Assembly: GCF_018350175.1 (NCBI RefSeq)
Contig: NC_058368.1
Span: forward strand, 86,182,001-86,246,000
Reading direction: 5' to 3'
Length of the DNA: 64,000 bases
Origin: Felis catus
Taxonomy: Eukaryota
Of this stretch, positions 12,845-23,055 are shown piece after piece. The position numbers and the translations under genes are program-made. The notes below the pieces were generated by a model. That model was not told the origin of the DNA. It was given only the letters and a program-made list of their open reading frames with translations, and made no database searches. Positions within the stretch are counted from its first letter, which is position 1; every line of letters begins with the position of its first letter.

Positions 12845-13716
12845 GAATATTATTAGGAGATTTCTCCAGTTTATATGACTAATTTACATAATATTTACTT
12901 TCATGAGACAACTTTAGAGGCACTCTTACCAATTGAATAAAGTATAGTCTAGATATCAGATATTGCTTTGGAAAAATACCCATGAGCAACTAAGCTGCAA
13001 TGGCTTTAAGTGCATACAATCTTATATTTACAGTGCTAACTAAGACTAAGAGTCTTTAGTTATTTTTAATATTGCATTAATACTAATGGAATTTTCTTTG
13101 TGGTTACACTAATACAAGTAGAATTTAGTTTTGCTTATAACTATGATCACTTAATTAATAGGAGAAATACATACAGTGTACATTAACAGAATCCTGTGTA
13201 ATTAGGTAAATATCTGAATCAAGTTTAGCTTTGCTTTGTGTGTTTATATACTTAGCATACAACACTTTAAAAATTATTTTTGTATCCATGTATCTGAATT
13301 TTGCACCTATATGAAAGCAGTTTTAGGAAAATCAATTGAGTAAATCTAGATAAATTTCATTTGATGATTTATAACAATTTTAAACTATCAAAACATTGAG
13401 AATCAATGTAAATATTTATAATTGTCTTCAGTTAATTCACAAATTGATTCAGGTAAGTCTGGACTTGAAGCCAAACATTGATGGATATTAATAATCATTG
13501 TTGGACAAACTTCTCTAAGTATTTGTTGTCTCAACTACAAAATGAAAATATTTCTTCATTTCATATTTTGTTTTGAATATTGAATATTTATAAATGTGCT
13601 TCATGTACCAGTAAGCAGAAAAAGTTCCTAGATAAAGGAAGGACTCTTGTATATTGCATTAATTACTGTTGAATATAATTGATCATAGCCAAGACTGACA
13701 ACATGTTCTTCTATAG

Positions 13717-14287
13717 AAAATGTTACCCTGGATCCAGACACAGTAACCCATATCTCCAAATTACTGATGACAACAAAAGTGTGAAAGGAGGTGATACCTT
13801 TCAGGAACTACCCAAAAAAAGACAGCGGTTTGATAACCTGGTCTGTGTATTAGGTCAGCAAATTTTTTCCAAAGGTAAACACTACTGGGAAGTGAGTGTG
13901 AAAAATAAAATAAAATGGACTTTAAGCATTTGTAAGGATTCTGTCTGCAGACAGGGAGAAATCATGGTGTCCTCTGAGACTGGGTTCTGGACAATAGGCT
14001 TGAATAGAAACAATGACTATCAAGCTCTTTTAAACCCACAGAAAACACTCCACCTCGAGGAATCTCCTGAGACTATTGGTATCTTCCTGGACTATGAGGC
14101 TGGAAGAGTGTCGTTTTATAATGTGACCAATCTTTCTCACATCTACACCTATAGAAACTGCTTCACAGGTTCTCTGAGGCCATACTTTTATCCTGGCCCC
14201 CTCTACAATGGTCAAAATGAACACCCTCTCACCATCCTGCCCTTAGGTCATATTAGAAAAGCCATAGGAAGAAGACGTTCTATGTGA
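13717..14287 (+). CDS. B30.2/PRY-SPRY terminal exon, frameshifted near 13743
   Basis: ttcttctatag|AAAATGTTACCCTGGATCCAGACACA reads ENVTLDPDT. The other frame carries NPYL, RFDNLVCVLG, GKHYWEVSV, IGIFLDYEAGRVSFYN and FTGSLRPYF, ending at TGA 14285-14287. Confidence 0.92.
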
Positions 14288-14314
14288 CTGAGCAAAAATT
14301 TCCCTATTTTGAAT

Positions 14315-14438
14315 CTGCTGAAACTAGGGATTTTTATGAAGTTTGTAAATATTCTAATATATATATATATAATATTATATAATTATATATGTATATGACA
14401 ATATTTACAAACTTCATAAAAATCCCTAGTTTCAGCAG
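14315..14438. repeat. Perfect 39-bp inverted repeat with a 46-nt TA-rich spacer in the 3' UTR
   Basis: ctgctgaaactagggatttttatgaagtttgtaaatatt (14315-14353) is the exact reverse complement of 14400-14438. Confidence 0.95.
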
Positions 14439-14455
14439 GGAAATTTTTATTTATA

Positions 14456-14491
14456 AATAAATAAAAATAAATATATAAATATTTAAATAAA
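14456..14491 (+). terminator. Cluster of AATAAA hexamers, candidate poly(A) signal of the butyrophilin-like gene
   Basis: AATAAA at 14456, 14460, 14466 and 14486, about 170 bp after the B30.2 stop; the AT-rich context lowers specificity. Confidence 0.45.
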
Positions 14492-16759
14492 ACAAAAATG
14501 TTTTATTTTAGAATGATGGACTTCTCCCTTCAAATAAATCGAAAATCTAAAAATCATTTTGATGCCATAATTTATAACTTTTTTATCATTTCAGTTCCTA
14601 ATGTATCTTTTGTTAATGGACAAGAATTGTTTGAGTTAAACTACATGATGTAGAACTTACTTGATGACTATTCAAGGCCACAGAACTAAATACAAAACCC
14701 AAAAGAAGCATCTACTTGTGCAAGTGATGAAGGAAAGTTAATTCCCAGTTGACCCTCATGGGTATGGTCTCTCCTTCATTCATGTTTTGAGATGGAAGAA
14801 GACACGGACTCTGCTCCACATCATCAGGAAATTGGCTGGAGCCCACACCTTATTGACTTTGCCCAAACCTAGAGGAGTATGATGGCTTTGACAAGGGAGT
14901 TCTAACCCTAGACTATGTAATATTCACTACAAAAAAAAATCTTCAAGTGAATATGTCTTCCAACTACTCATTTCTTTACTTTTTTACCTCCATTCTTTTT
15001 TGAAGTTTAAATGTACACAATCTCCAACTTAATTTAATATAATTGTATCATTCATTCGTCTACTTAACAAATGCTTATTAGGTACTGTATCTATGTTTTG
15101 TAGGTATCGGTAATCTAAAACACCATAGATTGATTATCTGTAACTGTAACTGTGTATCTGGTACTGCTAATAAACAGGCAAACACTGATAAATTGTTACT
15201 AATTTCAAAATGTTGTGTGGGAAAGGCTAAAGGTATCCAGATACAGAACAATAGTGAGTAGGTTCACTTCAGTCTACTCATCAGGAAAACTCTCACTGAG
15301 AAAGGGATGTATAGAATATGGAATTTCCCACATGCATAGCTGTAAATTATTAAAATCAAGACAACATGCAAAATGCAGAAAGACTGGGTCTGGGTGAGAA
15401 AGTAGAAGAAGACCTATGGGGCTCAGACAGAATGGTTTTAAATTAGGCCGCAGACTAAGTAGCTTAAGTAACCAGACAGGAGGAGCTGCCATGCATTTTC
15501 TTCATGCACCAGCAGGCCATTTGGTGTTATTATAATAAAATATATAATATATAAGTAAGGAAATGTTAAAATAAAATTTTTGAGAAAAAATAATTTATTA
15601 ATTAATCAGTTAATAAACAAATAATAAATGAACTGTTCTAAATCAATGCTGAACCTAATGTCATTAAGTTATTTCAAGAGATGTGACCTAAATATGATTA
15701 AGTGGATCTAACAGCTCACATTCATGGAATATTTAATAAGGTCAAGAGAGAACATGGATAATTTAGGAGAGAACTGTAGGTGTATTCTGAGGTGCTGTCC
15801 CCGAAAATTAAGAGCTGGTATGGTTGCCTGCCCCTCACTTAAAACACGTGGGAAAAAATTAAGAAGATAGTCTGTCTCATGAAATCTAAAGAACACAATG
15901 GACCTATGTTTGCCTTCTGTCTTGAATATTGATAGTGAGAGAAGGGCCAGTAGCTACTCTGTAACATAATGGAGCAGTGCTGCATTGTATAATCTGTGCA
16001 ATTAGAGCTTTTCTGGGGGAAGATCTCATGTTTCCTGAAGGATAGAATATGGTCCATGAGAAAGAATCCCTCTGGGATGCTGCCTGAAAAAGTGAATACA
16101 TATTAGTATGTTAGTGGAAATCACATTGTGTATCACAGGATGCCTGGTGGGTGAGAACAGAATCTTGACAAGCCAAAATACAGACATATTTCACCTTCCT
16201 CACGTTAACAGCAGGAAAAAAGTCCTCAGATATTTGGGGGCCTTTGAAGAACTAAGGAGGGAAAAATGAGCTTGAAATGATTTCTAAATATAGCTCATTA
16301 CAACAATTATCAAGTAAAAAAATCTCACTCTTGTTATAAGGTTAATAATAATAATAAATGTAGCTCACGTCAATAATAATTAAGTAAAAATGTTCTGACT
16401 CCTGTTACCTTTAAAACCCTCTCATTCCAAAACTCCACAATTCCCTACAATGCATGTTTTCCCTTACTTCAGGGAGTAATATACCCAACTCATCCAATTA
16501 CAGGTGTTTTCCTGGTAACCTTTAGCTAGAGGACATTGATAAGTGTTAAGGAGAAAAGACATCTATCATATTGAGGCATATTTCTACCAACATTAAACTC
16601 TCCTGTAGAATAAGATTTAGAAAATGGAAACTTTAGGGTAAAAGGGAAATTCATGAGAAAAGTAATTTGGGAAACTATTCTTGTGTGTATTCCCACACAA
16701 GACACGATAAAATTTCATTGTGCTGAAATACCTGCAATTCTGCTTTAATTAAAAATAAG

Positions 16760-19700
16760 AAAATGAGGGACATGTAAATGGCTCAGGAATAGTGTGACTT
16801 CTCTAAGCTTGCCTGATTCTTTGAACACAGCTAGATACATAAGAAATAATTATCAACACCCAAGGAATCAATATGAAGACTGAGGGAACTATACTGCACA
16901 TCTACAAGTAGAAAAATGACCAGATCCTGGTAGGGAGGAACTGCAGAAATTTGATATGGAGGAGAAAAGAACTGTGAGTGCTGCAAAATGGAAGGAGCCA
17001 TGATTACAGAGAGAGGAGTAAGCTAGCAAGCAAGCGAGAGAAAAAGAGTAAAGCAGTAGGCAGAGGATTGCATAAGGAAAATTCTTCCCTTAATCCATTG
17101 ACTAGGAAAAGGAGAGGGGCTGATATTTATAAGTTATTCTAAGCAGCAGAGCACAAAGTCTGAAGTTTAAAAGTACACGCCATCACCTGGAGTCATGCCT
17201 GGTGAGCTTAGCAGTGTTCCTTTGGGGAATGAGGGTGGAAATCTGGGATTGGGCAGCATGATATGAGGGTCATCTGGATCACATGGTTGGAAACAGTTCC
17301 TGTTTTTAAAGTGTATTTGGGAGTGGTGGCACAGCTTCTCTGGGTTAAAAGAACTGGTGGTGCCAATTTGGTGTCTTGTTCATTAGAATAGGGACAGGGA
17401 CATCAGCTGAGGGCAACAAACTTGATGCTGGCTTTTGTTATGCTTTACCATAAACTCTGAACCAACGTGCAGTCATAAGACTACTTTTCTGGGACAAACC
17501 AGCAAATATCACGAGCACACTGAGACCCTCCCTCAGAAGAGCTGTGCAAGTCTGCACTTCATGGGTTCATAAAATGTGGAGTTTTAAAACCCAGCCACAT
17601 GCCTGAAGTATAACACAGGAGTTCTGTCCCTCCTGAAAGGTAGAAAGCTCAGACCCAGACAGGGTGATGGCAGGGATCTGACAGAGGCTGGAGACACAAG
17701 AGTGTGTCTCCTCCAGGGTGGAGAGAGTGGGGTGAGACCATCTCAACTCCCCAAGTCCATCAGATGGACAAACTTCAATGAGCAACACAGTGCTCCATAG
17801 GGGAGATTAGAGCATTTTACACCAAGACCCACCACCCTGCACCCTGAGAGTACATCTCCACTGCAGCACGTAGACTTGAGAATCAGTGCAGCAGGGCTCT
17901 CCCCAGAGGACCAGCACAAACCCCTCGTACCAAGTCTACTAATCATCGAGTACTCCATACCTTCAGTGTAGGGGATCTAGTTGCTATTTTATTTTTTTTT
18001 ATTGTATTTCAGTATTAGTTTTTTTTTTTATGTTGATCTGACTTCTGTTAACAAGTAGACCAAAACACAGATAGTTAAAACTTGCCACACAGTGGACAAT
18101 GTCTGAAAACCCCCCACTGCAATCAAGGAGAAATTATTCAGATGACTGAAATAAGGGTATATATAATCAACCAAAAAATAACAACAGAGTGCATATAGGA
18201 AACCCCTCCCACATTTTTATGGACCTGTTTTTAGTATAAGCATTGTTCTCAAGAGCAGGAATATAACAGGCTTACTTAAAAATCACACAAAATGGCACAA
18301 AAACAGACACATAGACCAATGGAATAGAATAGAAACCCCAGAACTAGACCCACAAACGTATGGCCAACTCATCTTTGACAAAGCAGGAAAGAACATCCAA
18401 TGGAAAAAAGACAGCCTCTTTAACAAATGGTGCTGGGAGAACTGGACAGCAACATGCAGAAGGTTGAAACTAGACCACTTTCTCACACCATTCACAAAAA
18501 TAAACTCCAAATGGATAAAGGACCTAAATGTGAGACAGGAAACCATCAAAACCTTAGAGGAGAAAGCAGGAAAAGACCTCTCTGACCTCAGCCGTAGCAA
18601 TCTCTTACTCGACACATCCCCAAAGGCAAAGGAATTAAAAGCAAAAGTGAATTACTGGGACCTTATGAAGATAAAAAGTTTCTGCACAGCAAAGGAAACA
18701 ACCAACAAAACTAAAAGGCAAACAACCGAATGGGAAAAGATATTTGCAAATGACCGATCAGACAAAGGGCTAGTATCCAAAATCTATAAAGAGCTCACCA
18801 AACTCCACACCCGAAAAACAAATAACCCAGTGAAGAAATGGGCAGAAAACATGAATAGACACTTTTCTAAAGAAGACATCCGGATGGCCAACAAGCACGT
18901 GAAAAGATGTTCAGCGTTGCTCCTTATCAGGGAAATACAAATCAAAACCACACTCAGGTATCACCTCACGCCAGTCAGAGTGGCCAAAATGAACAAATCA
19001 GGAGACTATAGATGCTGGAGAGGATGTGAAGAAACGGGAACCCTGTTGCACTTTTGGTGGGAATGCAAATTGGTGCAGCCGCTCTGGAAAGCAGTGTGGA
19101 GGTTCCTCAGAAAATTAAAAATAGACCTACCCTATGACCCAGCAATAGCACTGCTAGGAATTTATCCAAGGGATACAGGAGTACTGATGCATAGGGCCAC
19201 TTGTACCCCAATGTTCATAGCAGCACTCTCAACAATAGCCAAATTATGGAAAGAGCCTAAATGTCCATCAACTGATGAATGGATAAAGAAATTGTGGTTC
19301 ATATACACAATGGAATGCTATGTGGCAATGAGAAAAAATGAAATATGGCCTTTTGTAGCAACGTGGATGGAACTGGAGAGTGTGATGCTAAGTGAAATAA
19401 GCCATACAGAGAAAGACAGATACCATATGGTTTCACTCTTATGTGGACCCTGAGAAACTTAACAGGAACCCATGGGGGAGGGGAAGGAAAAAAAAAAAAG
19501 AGGTTAGAGTGGGAGAGAGCCAAAGCATAAGAGACTGTTAAAAACTGAGAACAAACTGAGGGTTGATGGGGGGTGGGAGGGAGGAGAGTGTGGGTGATGG
19601 GTATTGAGGAGGGCACCTTTTGGGATGAGCACTGGGTGTTGTATGGAAACCAATTTGTCAATAAATTTCATATATAAAAAAAAAAGAAAAAAATGCTAAC

Positions 19701-20145
19701 CAATAATTAGGTAAAAAAAAATCAACTGTATGTCTATATATTAGTAAAGGTGAATAGAAAATTAAAGTGTAAAAAATGAAAAAAAATCACACAAAAAATA
19801 GTGACCTAGAGACAATGACAAAATGGAGAAATTTACCCCAAAAGAAAGAACATGACAAAGTAATTGTCAGTGATTTAATAAATACAGATAGAAGTATGAT
19901 GTCTGAAGCAGAGTTACAAAAAAACAATTATAAGAGTATGAGCTATGCTTGAAAAAAAAGCATAGAAAACACTAAAGAACCCCTTACTGAGAGGTAAAAG
20001 AACTTAAAACTGGTAAGCCTGAAATTAAAAATGCTGTAACTGAGATGAAAACCTGACTAGATGCCATGACAACAAGGATGGACAAAGCAGAAAAATAAAT
20101 CAATGATATAAAAGATAACATTATGGAAAATAATGAAGCTGAAAA

Positions 20146-20202
<57 letters not shown>

Positions 20203-20340
20203 GAAAGAAAGAAAGAAAGAAAGAAAGGTGTTCTATCAAAAGGTAGACTTAAAATACTCAGTGACTCCTTAAAGTGTAATAAAATCTGTGATAGGAGTCC
20301 TAGAAGAAGAAGAGAGAGTTAGAAATGAGGGCAGAAGACT
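16760..20340 (+). mobile_element. Older carnivore L1 5' UTR and decayed start of ORF1, interrupted by a young L1
   Basis: ORF1-like start ATGACAAAATGGAGAAATTTACCCCAAAAGAAAGAAC near 19815, resuming after the TSD of the nested L1; (GAAA)n at about 20145-20226. Confidence 0.7.
18293..19781 (+). mobile_element. Young 5'-truncated L1 (L1_Fc-type): end of ORF2, 3' UTR, poly(A) and an extra 3' segment
   Basis: Uninterrupted ORF2 frame 18293-19453 ([14 protein letters not shown]...[12 protein letters not shown]...LLCGP); TSD aaaaatcacacaaaa at 18278-18292 and 19782-19796 at a TT/AAAA site. Confidence 0.95.
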
Positions 20341-20660
20341 GATTAGACTATTCAGGGTCTTTTGTGGTTCCAAACAAATTTTGGGATTATTTGATCTAGC
20401 TCTGCAAAGAAAGCCGGTGGTTTTTTGATAAGCATTGCATTTTATGTGTGAATTGTTTTGGGTAGTTTAGACATTTTAACAATGTTTATTCTTCCAATCC
20501 ATGATCATGGAATGCTTTTCTCTCTCTTTTTTTCCTCTTCAATTTCTTTCATATGCCATCTATAGTTTTCTGAATACAGTTATTTTACCTCTTTAGTCAG
20601 GTTTATTCATAATATCTTATGGTTTTTGGTGCAATTTTAAATGGTATTAATTCTTCAATC
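20341..20660 (-). mobile_element. L1 ORF2 fragment, inverted relative to the adjacent ORF1 piece
   Basis: gactattcagggtcttttgtggttcc...cttccaatccatgatcatgg matches antisense ORF2 (compare about 25020-25330). Confidence 0.85.
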
Positions 20661-20726
20661 GATATTTGTCTTAAAGTGTGGATATAGTGAATATTGGTGA
20701 TGCAAGCCTAAAAGAAGTGGGAAGAT

Positions 20727-20945
20727 GGGGTGCCTGGGTGGCTCAGTCGGTTGAGCATCCAACTTCCGCTCAGGTCATGATCTTATGGTTCGTGAGTTCT
20801 AGCCCCGCATCGGGCTCTGTGCTGACAGTCCAGAGCCTGGAGCCTGCTTTAGATTCTGCCTCACTCTCTTTCTGCCCCTCCCCACTCGCACTCTGTCTCT
20901 CTCTGCCTCTCAAAAATAAAGAAACATAATAAAAAAAATTTAAAA
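20727..20945 (+). mobile_element. CAN-SINE
   Basis: Canonical head and A tail; partial TSD aaaagaagtgg. Confidence 0.95.
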
Positions 20946-22051
20946 AGAAGTGGCATTAATAAAGATGTGGATTTTGTTGAGTGCAAACCTTTCTGTCATC
21001 AGTGTTAAGTCCTGTGGCTGGCCAATGGCTTTGCTCCTATGGCACAACTAGAAATCTGGAAAGTAGTTCTAGTATCTTGCTCTGGGTTCCTGAACTGTGA
21101 GCCAATTGAAGGTCCTTGGCAATATTAATAACAGAAGGGTTATAAAAGCAACTTATGAGTTGTGGATTCTTGGATAAATCCCTTGGATATTTTTTTTCAG
21201 AAATATGTTAGAGGTCATTTTTCAGCTCTTCTTACGCCTAAATAACACAGAAGCTCTAATTGCAGCTGACAGTCACGAAAAGGAAAATCAGTGCTTGAAT
21301 ATCAGTCACTGAAGCTGACTGCTGATGCTGAACTCTGGAGGTCATTTTCCTCAGGAACGTGCCAGAAATAAATAACTTTTGAGGGCAGCTGAAGTTGTGG
21401 GCAGATGGGTGGATGAGCAAATCTGATGGTCTGGAACAAATTTAGTTTGGGTTTCAAAATACAGCCTGAGAAAGATGCCACAATATGAAGAAAGGGAAAA
21501 AATAGTGACAGGAAATTCTAAATAGCTATCAAGGACTGAGTGTCATCAATAGGAGAAATGAGGAGGAAGGGAAGTGTCAGGTAGTTGTCATGTAGAGAGA
21601 CCTGGGAGAAGTTCTTCCACACCTTTTAAAGTTCTGGGTGGCTCATCATAGCCATCTGCCCAACAAGTGTATTAAGGGGTAATAAATCTATTACTTTGCA
21701 ACGGAAAATAACTATACAGAGTTCTGTCAGTCTGTCTGGAAGGTCCCTCTACCTTTCTGTGGCCCCACCCCAACTCTGTTCCCACAGAGGCAACTATACT
21801 GAATGAAAATGAGTATTAAAACCACAGTTAGATATCTCCCTACAACCAGCATGTTTGCATATACTAAATATTCATAGGATACCAAGAATTGGTGAGGGAA
21901 TAAAACAAATGAAAATTTCATAGTGTACTGGTGTGACTATAACTTGCTGTAGTAATTTTGAAAATGTTTTGGCTTTATTCAATTTATGAAGCATGCTATG
22001 GCCCAACAATTACAATCTTAAATACAGAAATTAATAATTATATTTCTATTA

Positions 22052-22272
22052 AAATTTTTTAATGTTTATTTTTGAGAGGGAGAGATAGCAAGAGAGAGGG
22101 AGAGAGCATGAGTAGGGGAGGGGCAGAGAGAGAGAGGGAGACACATAATCTGCAATAGTCTTCAGACCCAACTGTCAGCACAGAGCCCAATGTAGGGTTG
22201 GACCTTGGGAATAGCAAGATCATGACCTGAACTGAAGTTAGACACTTAGCCAACTGAGCCACCCACAGGCCC
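22052..22272 (-). mobile_element. CAN-SINE within an old L1M fragment (about 21790-22600)
   Basis: Antisense SINE body; TSD about aataatt(a/g)tattt. Confidence 0.9.
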
Positions 22273-22660
22273 CAATAATTGTATTTTTAAAGGCAATGAG
22301 AAACATATATATATATATATATATATATGTCCATAAAAATATAACTGATAATAGTCTTAGTGTCCATCAAAATATAGATTGAATGAATAAATGTATATAT
22401 ATTTATAAAATGTAATATTTTTCAGTAATGAAAATGGACAAATATAACCACATAAAATACTTGTTTTTTTTAAGAGGCACAATGTTAAACTAAAAGATAA
22501 GGTAATAAAAAACAGAAATCTGACTCCATTATAGAAATGGTTCAAATAGGAAAACTAAATTATATTGTATAGGAGTCCAGGCATAATTGCTTAAATAAGA
22601 AGGCATTGAAAATGACCATTATACCACTATCCACTGACTCAGAATGGTGGATTCTTTTAG

Positions 22661-22880
22661 GGCAGGGTTTCTTAATCTCACCACTACTGTCATTTGGGGT
22701 CAACCAATTCTTTGTTGTGGGGCCTAATCTGTGCATCATAGAATGTTTACTGTTATCTCCGTCCAACCCCTACTGAATGCCAGTAACAATCCTATCCCTT
22801 GACCTGCTACGACAACTAAAACTGACTTCATACCTTGCCAAATGCTCCCTTGGGTGGGGAGAATTGTCCCATTGTGAATG
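22661..22880. mobile_element. MER20-like hAT-Charlie DNA transposon
   Basis: cagggtttcttaatctc...attctttgttgtgggg...ctgtgcatcatagaatgttta...ttgccaaatg..cccttggg. Confidence 0.8.
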
Positions 22881-23007
22881 TCTAGGTGGAGCAAAAAGAA
22901 GTTCTATTTTTTCCCTGATTATTATTTACAAGATCTTGACTTTGTACTTTTTTCATAGATTTCAAATTCATGTTTTCAATAACATTCTCTATTATACTGT
23001 AATTCAC

Positions 23008-23050
<43 letters not shown>

Positions 23051-23055
23051 ACACA
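23008..23055. repeat. (CA)n microsatellite
   Basis: Direct observation. Confidence 0.95.

Larger units (their letters stand above)
647..14287 (+). pseudogene. 3' half of a butyrophilin-like (BTN/BTNL/ERMAP-type) gene: heptad micro-exons plus a frameshifted B30.2 terminal exon. It is a pseudogene, a B30.2-less allele or an assembly error; the Ig and TM exons lie upstream of the window.
   Basis: Phase-1 exons at 647-667, 2075-2095, 4765-4785, 11886-11906, 11984-12010, 12154-12180 and 13717-14287 splice to (G)KLRKEY-ELLREQK-GNIEKKN-GKLHEEL-ERIKFLGEE-GLKYARRYA-ENVTLDPDT, then after a frameshift NPYL...B30.2. This is the exon layout of butyrophilin cytoplasmic tails. Confidence 0.85.

Noticed and set aside
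13679..13716. ORF-track start of the 202-aa B30.2 ORF (MIIAKTD...)
   Set aside because: The TTG start is intronic; the real domain start (ENVTLDPDT) is in another frame after the acceptor at 13716.
18464..19453. 329-aa ORF as a host gene
   Set aside because: It is the C-terminus of L1 ORF2p in a 5'-truncated element without promoter or ATG.
21015..21150. Two CCAAT boxes followed by TATAAAA
   Set aside because: No downstream gene or LTR boundaries seen; short motifs are common in AT-rich DNA.
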